The position numbers and the translations under genes are program-made. A stretch of DNA of 64,000 nt from Felis catus. Its lineage: Eukaryota. A model generated the notes under the pieces. The model was not told where the DNA came from. It worked only from the letters and a program-made list of their open reading frames with translations, and did no database searches. This document shows positions 25,524 through 36,720 of this stretch, piece by piece (within the stretch, counting starts at the first letter, position 1; every line of letters begins with the position of its first letter). The stretch covers positions 27,592,001 to 27,656,000 of the forward strand of contig NC_058368.1 in the NCBI RefSeq assembly GCF_018350175.1. Direction: 5' to 3'.

Positions 25524-25562
<39 letters not shown>
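25524..25562. repeat. (GA)n microsatellite
   Basis: Directly visible. Confidence 0.95.
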
Positions 25563-25565
<3 letters not shown>

Positions 25566-25642
25566 AGAGGAGGCAGCTCTTTGGGTCCCCCCCCCCACCC
25601 CAGGTTGCTGACTGAGGCCCTTATTAATAGCTTCTGGATGTG

Positions 25643-25807
25643 GGGGCACCTGGGTGGCTCAGTTGGTTAAATGTCCAACTTTGGCTCAGGTCATGATCTC
25701 ATGGCTTGTGGGTTCGAGCCCCGCGTTGAGCTCTGTGCTGACAGCTCAGAACCCGGAGCCTACTTCAAATTCTGTGTCTCCCTTGCTCTCTGCCCCTCCC
25801 CTGCTTG

Positions 25808-25849
<42 letters not shown>

Positions 25850-25884
25850 AATAATTAAACATTAAAAAAAATTTTAGTAAAAAA
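25643..25884 (+). mobile_element. CanSINE
   Basis: TSD aatagct(t/g)ctggatgtg at 25626 and about 25885. Confidence 0.94.
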
Positions 25885-26454
25885 AATAGCTGCTGGATGT
25901 GAAGGGAAAGGAGGAGACAGGGCAACAAAAAGAAAACTGGAGAGTGTGTTTGTTTTGAGTGGGATTGCTGTAAAAGACAAAATCATTTGCAAAGATGACA
26001 GACTTATAATTAAAAAAAAAAAATCCCTCCAAACCTCCATAGCTTAAACCAAGAAGTGTAAAATGGTATGAGAAACCTGGCAGCGTCCTCGTGCAGGGGC
26101 ACGCAACGGAGACTTAGCACAACTGCCCTGTGGGCCGAGGGCTGGGGCTTTCAGGATCCAGAAACCACCCCCAGGCCCAGCCCCTTCTCATCCCTGTCCC
26201 ACAGGAAAGGGGACCAAAGTCATAACACAACCCGGATGCCAAGGCTCCTTGATCTTTTATTATCCTGAAGATTTCTAGAGCAAAATCACAGTAATTCCCA
26301 TCTTGTATTAGCATATCTGATGTGCCGAGGACTGTCCTAAATGTTTTTCATGCATTATCTCATTTAATCGTCATACAACCCAGGGAGTAGGCACTATCAC
26401 TGCTCTCATTTCATAGAAGGGATCACATCTGTCTGAACATATTCTTAACCACTC

Positions 26455-26620
26455 TGATACATATATATCAGATATATATAAATATATATATCTGTATAAT
26501 ATATATATGTGTATATATCTGTATATAAATATATATATCAGATATATATAAATATACATATCTGTGTATAAATATATGTATATATCAGATATATAAAAAA
26601 TATATATGTATATATTTAAG
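26455..26620. repeat. TA-rich quasi-palindromic minisatellite
   Basis: Recurrent cagatatatataaatatatatatctg-type units. Confidence 0.85.
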
Positions 26621-26650
26621 GAATTTTAGAAGAAAAAAATCCCGTAACTC

Positions 26651-26930
26651 TCTTTCTCTCTCTCTCTCTCAGGAATAAAGAAACATTAAAAAAAAATTTT
26701 TTTTTTAACTGGGGCGCCTGGGTGGCTCAGTCGGTTAAGTGTCTGAATTCGGCTCAGGTCATGATCTCGCAGTTCGTGAGTTCGAGCCCCGCGTCGGGCT
26801 CTGTGCTGACAGCTCAGAGCCTGGAGCCTGCTTTGGATTCTGTGTGTGTCTCTCTCTCTGCTCCTCCTCCACTCATGCTCTTTCTCCCTCCCTCTCTCAG
26901 AAATAAATAAACATTAAAAAAAAAATTAGA
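26651..26930 (+). mobile_element. 5'-truncated CanSINE tail (26651-26710) with a full-length CanSINE (26711-26930) inserted in it
   Basis: Outer TSD aaaaa(a/g)tccc(g/c)taactc at about 26634 and 26931. Confidence 0.85.
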
Positions 26931-27615
26931 AAAAAGTCCCCTAACTCACGCATGCAACCTATTTTTCCATAAGCCCAATGATAATAAGCTTATACCATAT
27001 ACTCCCATTTTTTTCATACATCATCATGTCATCATTATTACAGCGTCTCCCTCGCCCCTAAATGAAAGATATTTGGCATGAACATTATTTGACTGTCCTA
27101 CATAAAGTTCCTTGGGGTCTGCATTAGCTCTGTGCCAACCCAATGAATGTTGGCTGGGTACTTCCAATGTCAAGTACTGTGCCAGGTCCTGGGTAAGCAC
27201 AGGGGGCCCCACCGCTAACACATGTCTCTACATGAGGCAGCCTCTGCCCCTCCTGGGCTGCAGAGCACAGTCCAGGTCCTAGAACCGTGAGCATGATGGT
27301 CAGGACTAGATTGAAAGTTGCCTTACTTTTGTTTTCCTAGGAAGCAGCCAACAACAAGCAGTCCAAAGACATAAACAAGACAAAAATGCGGGAGGTTAAC
27401 TGGGGCTCCCCATACCTCTGCCTATTTCTCACAGGGCACACCCAGTGTTTCCGGATCCTGCCAGCTGGTGTGGATTTGAGGTCCACCAGGATGAAGAAGC
27501 ACAGAACTACTGCCTCACTGCCTCTGTACTCCTAACCTCATCAGCCACCAGAAAGATGGATGTGACCAAACAAGGCAGTAATCCTGACACTCAAGGGTTT
27601 TTTCAAGGGTTAGGC

Positions 27616-27830
27616 CAGCATGGTCCAATGGAACTTTCTGCAATGATGGAACTATTCTGTATCTTTCCTGTGCAAAATGGTAGCCACTAGGTGCAGGTGG
27701 CTATTGAACACTGGATATGTGGCTAGTGCACCTGAGAAAATAAATGTTTAATTGTATTTAATGTTAAGTAACTTAAATTCATATTTTAACCACCACGTGT
27801 GGCCATTGGCTACCATACTGGACTGTGCAA
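27616..27830. mobile_element. MER3 hAT MITE
   Basis: gtccaatggaactttctgcaatgatggaa...gtagccactag...gtggctattgaacact...atgtggctagtg...ccacgtgtggccattggctaccatactggac. Confidence 0.85.
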
Positions 27831-30099
27831 TTCTAGGCTTTGAGATTTCAGGTGGGTCAGTGCTGGAATAGTCTTCCCTCTGTTCAATTCTTCTCTCCAT
27901 GCCTCTTGGGGACCCTCTGTGGGCAGACCTGAATCGTGTCCTTATGTTTTTATACAATCCTGATTTTCATAGTAGGTCAACTTTCCTTCGCTCTGTGTGT
28001 AAGCAGCCAGGAGGCAGAATCGAAGGGCTATGCAAATCAGGCAGGCCCTTTCTTGCAAGCAACCGGAACGAACTCAAGCTGATTTAAGCAGAAAATAAAC
28101 TCATTACGAGGATATCAAGAGGCACACAGAATCACCAGGGAGGCAGAGGAACCAGGTTCAGCCAGGGGCCTGCAGCCAGGACAGTGCCTTGGATCAAATG
28201 GGGAGGTCACAGTCTACATTACAGATACTGCTAACGTCAGTCACTGGGTGCCACCAGTCAGGGCCGTTACCAGCGCTTGCCCTCGAAAGGTCGTCCTTCC
28301 GCAGCTACTACCAGCACCTACGTTGTCAGAACTCTGGGGCGAGTTAGAGGTCTGCCCACCTGCCAGTTGTAAAGAAGGCTGATGGAGCAAGTAGCTGCCA
28401 TTTTCAGCTTCTCCAAGGGCACGCAGGATTTGCCCGAGCTCAGGGAATTCAACAAGGCTAGGAAGGAGGCTCGGATGCTCGGTAACGAAGACAATGGACA
28501 TCCTTCACGACCACCACACAACACGTATCCAAATCTCCACTGAGGCCAGAAAGCCCTGCAGTCCCTCTGATTCGGTAAAGCCCATCTGTGAGTCGAGCCA
28601 GGCCAACAGAGCCCATGTAGCCAGATCTGATTGTATCGGCCTCCCCACAGAATTGCTTACCCTGAAGGGCACTCGGGTGTGATGCCATAGGGGGGCAGTA
28701 AAGGATGTCGCATAACACAGCCCCTGAAACGTATTATGTCCGCTCTGAGGATACTGCTGAGGACACTGTTCGTGACCCCTAAAAGGGTTGGGTTGGCTGC
28801 TATAAGGCTTAGGGCTGAAGCCGTGGCCCATCTGAAGCCTGAGTAGAAGACCCCAGAGTATGTATTCTATGCATAAACCTCATTCTTCATTTTTTTTTAC
28901 TCCCTCTCTACCCCTTATTTCCCTGTGCCCTGATTTTGTCACCTACTTTAAAGTATGTGGCTTATTTCACATTTTAATTGTATATTTGAAATCCACCTTA
29001 CCTCCCTCTTAGAGGACGTCAAAATTAAAAATATACAATAATGAGAACTCACAATTATGTCAAGAGGTCATTTCAATATGCTAAGGATACACAAAGAAGC
29101 ACCAGCGGGCTCTGCCTGGTGGGGTGGGTGAAGGAGGGGCAGTGCTGGGGAAGGCTCCTGAGAGGGGATGACCTTTGAAGGATGGAGAGGTAGACATTTA
29201 TTCGCAAAAAGGACAAGGCAAGGGAGAGCCTTCCAGGCAGCATGAATAAAAACCAATATTTAATTTTGTTGTTCGGCCTTTTTTTTCCTTCTAAAGAATT
29301 GCTGTTGCGGTCCGGAGGTGAGTTTGCAACGCACAGGCTCCTGGATGGTTTTCTCTGACTCAGGTTCTTGCCTTCCACGGTTTTCCTATTTCCAGGGGCC
29401 CTCGGAACAGAGTGGGAAAGGACTCTGAGGCTAAATTAAGAGGCTATCTGTTGGCCCTGTTTGGATTCCATCTGCCCCATTTGGCCGCCATCCTCTTGAC
29501 AGGTGGGCCTGGCACGGCACTCAGGCCCTTTGGCTAATCGTGGGCAGCTCTGAAAAGGCCTGTTCACTCACTTCGGAAGGAAACACCCAAATAAATCCAC
29601 CCTTTTGGGGAGATTTAGCAGCCAAAGTAGCTTTCCGGAGAGCAAGTGGTGCCAGACCTATTTAATTTCCTTGTCTGCTAGAATGAAAGGACACAGAGAT
29701 AAGGAAGCAACAACAGATGCAATCTCCAAGGGCTGCAGGAGAGCTTTCAACTCGGCCCCATGGATACTCCCATCAGCAGAGCAAAATGGCAGGCGTGCAG
29801 CGCAGTGAAATATGGAGCCGGGTCAAGTGGAGCTTGATGACCAACGTGCCTGAGGCCCACAGAGAGCCCAAGTTCCACGCCAAGATCAAAGTGGGATGCT
29901 TCAAAGACTCTCCTGAGACTGGAGGGCTCCTTTCTTTGACAACTTGGTGACCCTGATGGACCTCAAGCAGGCTACAGAGGGTCTCTCACATGCGGGGTTG
30001 GTGTGGCTACAGGGACCCATTGGTGGTAGGAAGCGCCTTCCGTGGGAAGCAACACCTGTGTTTTAAAGAGCCTGGCCTTGGTTGTCTTGGGTGTCAAGC

Positions 30100-30300
30100 A
30101 GATCCATCAAAGTCTGGATGCCAACTGTGTTCCTTGTTGCTAGCTGGGTGACTGCCAGAAAGTCATTTACCCTCTTCAGGGTTTTTTTTGGCCTGTGAAA
30201 TGGGCACAATTCTTTTCTGTAAATACCTTTTTGTGTATTAATAAGTAGAAGTTAAAGTGAATGTAAAATGCACCGTGCCGAGCACTCACTAAATGTTATT
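30100..30300 (+). mobile_element. MIR
   Basis: gctagctgggtgactgccagaaagtcatttaccctct...ctgtgaaatgggcacaat. Confidence 0.6.
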
Positions 30301-30559
30301 TCCTTTCCCTCCTAACCCCGGGCTTCTCAGTGCTCCCTAAATGGTCTGTCCCCAGTAAACCAGCACAGTTTACATTGGCCTAGTTAGACCATTGTTATGA
30401 AGGGTCTGTAATGAAATAAAAATCTCTCAGGGGCCTAGAATCCTGGAACCCCAGGCCAAGAACCACGGAATAAGACACAATCAAACAAAAGGTAAAGCCC
30501 ATGGGTGCATAATCACGTGTGGATAGAGTCAATTGGACTTAATGATTTTCGAAGTTGGT

Positions 30560-31078
30560 TTTTGTTGTTATTGTTGGTCTGGCTTTGTTGAGATATAACT
30601 GACATACAACACTGTATATATTTAAGGTATATAAGCTGATAATTGGATCCTCTTATATACTGTCGTTGCAGAATAATTACAGTAGGCTTAATTAACACTT
30701 CCATCACCTCATATAATTACCGTTTTATAATTTTGTGGTAAGAATATTTAAGGTCTACTCTCCTAACAACTTGCATGCATACAACACAGTACTGCTAACT
30801 ATGGTCACCATGCTGGACATTAGACCCCCAGAACTTATTCATCTTATAACTGAAAGCTTGTGCCCTTCGACCAACATCTCTCCGTTTATCCCATGCACCA
30901 GCCCATGGCAACCATTCTACTCTCTGTTTCCTCAAGTTTGTTTTTTTAGATTCCACATATAAGTAAGATCATCCAGTATTTGTCTTTCTCTGACTTAGTT
31001 AACTTAGCAAAATGCCTCAAGGTCTGTGCTGTTACAAATGGCAGGATTTCCTTCTTCCTCGTAGTTGAATGATTTTCC

Positions 31079-31134
<56 letters not shown>

Positions 31135-31850
31135 TATATGTATATGTATAAACCATATCGTCTTAATCATTCATCTGTTGATAGACATTAAGGTTGTTTC
31201 TGTATCTTGGTTATTGTGAATAATGCTGTACTGAATAGAGGAGTGCAGACATTTCTTCAATATCCTGATTTCCTTTCCTTTGGATACCCTCCCAGAAATG
31301 GTATTGCTCGATCATATGGTAGTTCTATTTTAAATTTTTTGAGGAGTCTCCATATTGTTTTCCTTCATTGCTGCATTAATTTACAAGCCCACCAATAGTG
31401 CTCAAGGATTTCCTTTTCTCTACATCCTTGCCGACACTTGTTATCTCTTATCTTTCCATTAACAGGTGTAAGGTAATATATCATTGTGGTTTTGATTTGC
31501 ATTTCCTTGATGAACCTGCTGGCCATCTGTCTTTTCTAGAAGAATATCTATTCAGATCCTCTGCCCATTTTTTAATCAAATTGTTTGGGTTGTTTTTTTT
31601 TTTTTTTTGCTATTGAGGTACATGAGTTCTTTCTATATTTGGGACAGTAACCTCTTCTCTGATAAATGATTTGCAAATATTTTCTCCAGTTTGGTAGGCT
31701 GCCTTTTCATTTTGTTGATGGTTTCCTTTGCTGTGTAGAAGCTCTTTAGTTTACATAGTCCCACTTGTGTGTTTTTGCTTTTGTTGCATTTGCTTTTGGT
31801 GTCAAATCCAAAAAACCATCACCAAGAGCTTTCTCCCTATGCATTTTCTA
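30560..31850 (-). mobile_element. L1 3' end (L1MA9/carnivore L1-like) containing a (TA)n run at about 31081-31150
   Basis: ttgagatataactgacatacaac..., ccccagaacttattcatcttataactgaaag, tagattccacatataagtaagatcat, ggtagttctattttaaattttttgagg. Confidence 0.9.
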
Positions 31851-32319
31851 TATATGTTCTATATATGTTCGTTGAATGTATAAGAACTAAGAGATTATAG
31901 GTGTTTAGTGAGCCAGCTGATATCACTTCTGCTGCCTTCTTGAGCCAGGACGATGCAGGAGCCCTTAACCTATCCCCCTACACCTGGAGTACACATAGCG
32001 GTGTGAAGGTTGAAAGCCTGCTTTCCCATTCCTGGCTAGGGTGAGTCTCAACAGCTTTCCTTCACCTCTCTGACACAGAGCAGACCCTCAAAAAAGAATA
32101 ATTTTCATTCCATAAAACCAGAATAAACCAGAAAGATGCCTGCAGGGAATGCTGACTAGACATAGTGTACAGGGAAAGGCTGGGGGATCCTTTGGTCCGA
32201 GTGTAGGACAAAGCATGATGATGCCAAGGAGGGCAATCAAGTTGCTTTCATTCGCATCCCTGCTAAGCGTTAGACACATTGGATTCCCTTGTGTAATCAT
32301 CAAACTTGCAAGGCAGGAG

Positions 32320-33030
32320 AGGGGTTTCCTAAGCTTTTCTTGTGCCCTGAACCACTAAACCCCTTTTCAGAATAAAGCTTTCAAACACATACATAAAATA
32401 AATAAGTGAATAAAATTCCAAAGGACACCAATTAGTTTAAAACACAATTTTCAAAAAGATAAAAACATTTACGATGGAGTAATGTAAGTGCCTCATTATA
32501 GTTTTTTAAAAAAAATTTTTTTAAATGTTTATTTTTGAGAGACAAAGACCCACAGTGCGAATGGATGAGGTGCAGAGAGAGAGGGAGACAGAATCTGAAA
32601 CAGGCTCCAGGCTCTGAGCTCTGTCAGCACAGAGCCCGACTCAGGGCTAGAACTCGCGAACTGCAAGATCATGACCTGAGCTGAAGTCGGAAGCTTAACC
32701 GAGCCACCCAGGCGCCCCAGTGCCTCATTATTAATACATTAAATACTGAGAACTAGCAGTGAGTCTAACAACTGTAATTTTGAAGTAGATGAAAACAAAC
32801 GCGTGTAGAGATATCTGCAGCAATGGTAATGTGAGATGCGAATCTCTGTGCCTTCTACTGCTGACAAAGTTGTCGGTTGCTAAAACTCCTGTGGTTTGCT
32901 GCCTACATTCCTAGTTAAAAAGCATGCTAAATTTCAGGTATAGATTAGTGAAAATAAAAATGCTTTTGTTCCTACCCAAGTTCGCAGACCCCCTGGACTC
33001 CATCCACAATTCCCTTGGCAGTCCATTATT
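32320..33030. mobile_element. hAT-Charlie DNA transposon fossil (Charlie4a/MER80-like) interrupted by a SINE
   Basis: gtaattttgaagtag...gagatatctgcagcaatggtaatgtga...ctgtggtttgctgcctacattc...gctaaatttcag...ttagtgaaaataaa...ccaagttcgcagaccccctg. Confidence 0.7.
32500..32718 (-). mobile_element. CanSINE
   Basis: TSD agtgcctcattat at 32487 and 32719. Confidence 0.94.
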
Positions 33031-33174
33031 ATGGTAAAAATATTGACCACCAATTTTCAGATGAGGAAACTAGAGTTCAGAGAAGTTAACTTTTCAAAGA
33101 TCACTCAGTAAGTGACCGAACCAGGGTTCAAATTCAGAAGCACATTCACCTCTAAAGCCTGTTTGGTTTTTAGT

Positions 33175-33365
33175 GTAGCGGTGCTTCTCATTCTTTAATG
33201 AGCGCAAGACTCACTTGGGAACTTTGTTCAAATGCATAGTCCTAGGCCCCATCCCTAGAGATTCTGATTCAGGTTTGCCGAGGGATGCGGGTTTGAGAGT
33301 CTGCATTTCTGACTAGCTGCCCAGTGATACCTCTGGTCCTGCGACAGACCACACTGCACTTCCCA
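33175..33365. mobile_element. MER5A hAT MITE (next to a MIR at about 33040-33170)
   Basis: gcggtgcttctca...ggccccatccctagagattctgattcag...gtctgcatttctgactagctgccca...gaccacact. Confidence 0.75.
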
Positions 33366-34099
33366 ATAATGATTCGGAGAGACCCCATTCAGTGTAATGA
33401 GTCGATCAGCGGTCCTTGACTCCAGAGGAAGAAAGGGGAACTCTGGGCACCTTCCACTGAAAGTCAGAGCGCCTGTGATGTCAGGACCTGCGGGGAAAGG
33501 CTTGCTCTCACCATCTCCTTCTGCTGTCTCTTCTCCCTCTTTGCATGCCATCTCCCCTTAAGCAGTCTGCTTTGGCCCTGTTTCTTTTCCAAGACGCCCT
33601 CAAATTCCATGTGAAGCTGGTCTCACTTGGATAAAAGTGCTGTGGGGGAAGGAGAGGCCCCAGGGTGATTAACCTCCACCAGGCCCTGGGGACAGCTCTG
33701 CCCGCAGCCCCCAGGGAGAGCGGAGAGTCCCTCCCACACTGCACTGCGGCCCTCAGGCCCCACACCTGCTGGAGCTGTGTTCCTACAGAGCCTGGGCACA
33801 TGCTGGGTCACTCGTACTGTACCCAGCCCCGGGATGCCCAACCTTGGCTGGACAAGGAAATACCAGGAGGGCTTTAAAGAAACTGTTGCCTGGCTCCCAT
33901 CCCAGAAAGTCTGATCCGGGGTGCTGCCTGGGCATTAAGGGTTGTAAAAGCTACAGACGTGATTCCAAGGAACAGCCCAAATAGAGGAGCCCTGGCTTCG
34001 TGAAAGGAAATCGATGATGTGCAGCTAGGGAGTGCTGGCTGTGCACCAGGAGGTTTTGCTCGCATCACTTTCTTTCATCCTCATGGCAATTGTGTGAAG

Positions 34100-34780
34100 T
34101 GGTGACATGATCCCCATGTTACAGATAAGGAAACTGAGGGCTCAGAGAAGTTAAGTAAAGTCTTATTACGATGAGCCCTGAGTAATGTACAGAAGTGTTG
34201 AATCACTATATATTGTACACCTGAAACTAATATAACGCTGGGTGTTAATGATGCTGGAATTAACATTTTTTTAATAAATAAATAAAGACCTTGTCAGGGG
34301 CGCCTGGGTGGCGCAGTCGGTTAAGCGTCCGACTTCAGCCAGGTCACGATCTCGCGGTCTGTGAGTTCGAGCCCCGCGTCGGGCTCTGGGCTGATGGCTC
34401 GGAGCCTGGAGCCTGTTTCCGATTCTGTGTCTCCCTCTCTCTCTGCCCCTCCCCGTTCATGCTCTGTCTCTCTCTGTCCCAAAAATAAATAAAAACGTTG
34501 AAAAAAAAATTTAAAAAAAAATAAAAATAAAATAAAAATAAATAAATAAATAAATAAAGACCTTGTCAATAAAACAAGAGTGATACAATGGTATAAAGCA
34601 ATAATTTGTGATCTCCTTTTACTTTAAAAGAAATAATTCCTTAAAACTGTAGACCTACATCTTTAAAAAAGAAAGAAAAAATAAAGAAGTAGTTAAATAA
34701 CTTGTCCAAAGCCACACAGCAAGGAAGTGTATGAGTCAGAATTTAAAACCACATTAGTCTGTCTCCAAAGCCCGAGTTTT
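34100..34780. mobile_element. MIR (-) split by a carnivore L1 3' end (+, from about 34170), itself split by a young SINE
   Basis: ccccatgttacagataaggaaactgagg...gttaagtaa resumes at about 34690 as gttaaataacttgtccaaagccacacagc; L1 end gaatcactatatattgtacacctgaaactaatataac. Confidence 0.75.
34297..34552 (+). mobile_element. Young felid CanSINE
   Basis: ggggcgcctgggtggcgcagtcggttaagcgtccgacttcagccagg head, CpGs intact, perfect TSD aataaagaccttgtca (34281 and 34553). Confidence 0.97.
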
Positions 34781-35455
34781 TGGAAGCCTGCCGTTTCCCA
34801 ACGGAGGGGACTTAAAAGTGGTACCACTCTCTTTTGCCCCCAGGCCTGATGCTATCCCTTTTAACTCACAATGTTTATCCTCTTTGCTGTGATCAAGTGC
34901 TTAGAAAATGCCATGGATCTGGAAATCCATCAGACAGCGCCTGGAGGAGGCCTGCAGATCTACAAGGTCTTTTCCCGCTCCAGCTTCAGCTCCTTAAGTC
35001 TATTTGTCACAAAAGGGCCTCCGTTCATTTCGCTGGATGGCTCCTCTGGCATCCTGAACGCAACATGACAAGTGACAAATGTCTTCAGAGGTAGGGAGGC
35101 CCTTGGACTGTGATCATGTTGGAATGAATGACCACCCCGAGGAGACTTCATAAAATCCCCAGCCTCCTCTCTAAGCCAGGAGTGACGTTTTCGGGAACTC
35201 AGGCTAAAAGTCTTGAGGGCGAGTTTTGTACTTGGCTGGGAACGCTTCCTGGGAGGCAGCTGGACAAGGGAAAGAGGACGGACTTCGGGGTTAGTCGGAT
35301 TGGAAGCAGAGGCAACTCCATTCCTTCCTAACTGGGATTCTGAGCAAGTGCTTAAGCTCTTGAACTCCCCTATTTATGGATGAAATGGGGATAAAAATAC
35401 CTAGTTGAGTGGGTTGTTGTAAGGATTAAAGACATCATGTATATAGCATGTTTTG

Positions 35456-35687
35456 GGGGTGCTTGGGTGGCTCAGTCGGTTAAGTATCAGACTTCAGCTC
35501 AGGTCATGATCTCACAGTTCATGGGTTCGAGTCCACATCGGGCTCTGTGCTGACAGCTCAGAGCCTGGAGCCTGCTTTGGATTCTGTGTGTGTGTGTGTG
35601 TGTGTGTGTCTGCCTCTCCCCTGCTCACACTCTCTCTCTCTGTCTCTCTGGAAAATAAATAAACACTAAAAAAAATTTTTTTTTAAA
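35456..35687 (+). mobile_element. CanSINE with an internal (GT)n expansion, inside a MIR (about 35250-35730)
   Basis: gggtgcttgggtggctcagtcggttaag head; (tg)n at about 35586-35609. Confidence 0.9.
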
Positions 35688-36071
35688 TACTGTCTGGCAC
35701 AAATATCAGGTGCTCAGTAATTACCAGTTGTCATACCTGGCTTTGCCGTAAAGCTGGCCAAAGGACTGTTTTTTTCTCTAAATTCTCTTGGATCGATTTT
35801 CAGCTGTTAAATAAGAATAAATGTTCTTATTTAGTCACAATTATTGATAATCGGTTATTCATTTCAATAAAAACATTCTAATTTTATTACAATGTCATTG
35901 TAAAATATAGTTTGATTTCCCATCTAGAGATCTGTGTATTTGTCCACAGGGGTTTTCTAGAAGATAAATTCCTAAGGCTCTATATTAAGATGCACTCGAA
36001 GGGGCCCCAGAAAAAAGAAAATGGTTGATGTTCAGATGTTGGAATTATTGGTAATTTGCTATTCATTCTTT

Positions 36072-36278
36072 TATTCTTTTATTTTTTGTTTGTTTGTTAA
36101 GAGAAAGAGAAAGTGCAAGCAGGGGAGGGGCACAGAGAGAGGGAGACAGAATCCCAAGCAGACTCCACGCTGTCAACCCAGAGCCTGACATGGGCCTCAA
36201 ACTCACCAACCCTGAGATCATGACCTGAGCCGAAATCAAGAATCAGTTACTTAACCAACTGAGCTACCCAGGCGCCCG
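36072..36278 (-). mobile_element. CanSINE
   Basis: TSD tattcattcttt at 36060 and 36280. Confidence 0.92.
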
Positions 36279-36369
36279 TTATTCATTCTTTAAAAATCAT
36301 TTAATTGTTATTATGTTTGTGTAGTACTTGAAATAAAAAACTAGTAAAGTCAAAGAGACAAGCAGTAAA

Positions 36370-36720
36370 AATGAACATTTGTGGAAAAGCTACCGTGCAC
36401 AGGCGCTAACAAGCACGCACATCCGTATCTATGAAATCTTTAAACTCTGGAAATAACCCTCTGAGGCACATAATATTATACCCATTCTATGGGACAGGAA
36501 ACAGAACTTCCACAAGATCACTCTACTGACAGAAGGTGGAGCAGAGATTTAAACTTAGGTCTGTGTGACTCGGGAACAAGTGCTTCTCCAGATTGCACGC
36601 ATCTGAGAAAGCAGCGCATTCAAGTATTTCGAAAAGGCTGTGTCCTGCCCAAAGTCACATAGCTCATTAGCTGCGGAACCAGGGCAATTAGAACCCAAGT
36701 CTTCAGTCCTCAACGTTTCA
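36370..36720 (-). mobile_element. MIR fragments
   Basis: ataaccctctgaggc...cccattctatgggacaggaaacaga; cctgcccaaagtcacatagctcattagctgcggaaccagg. Confidence 0.65.
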
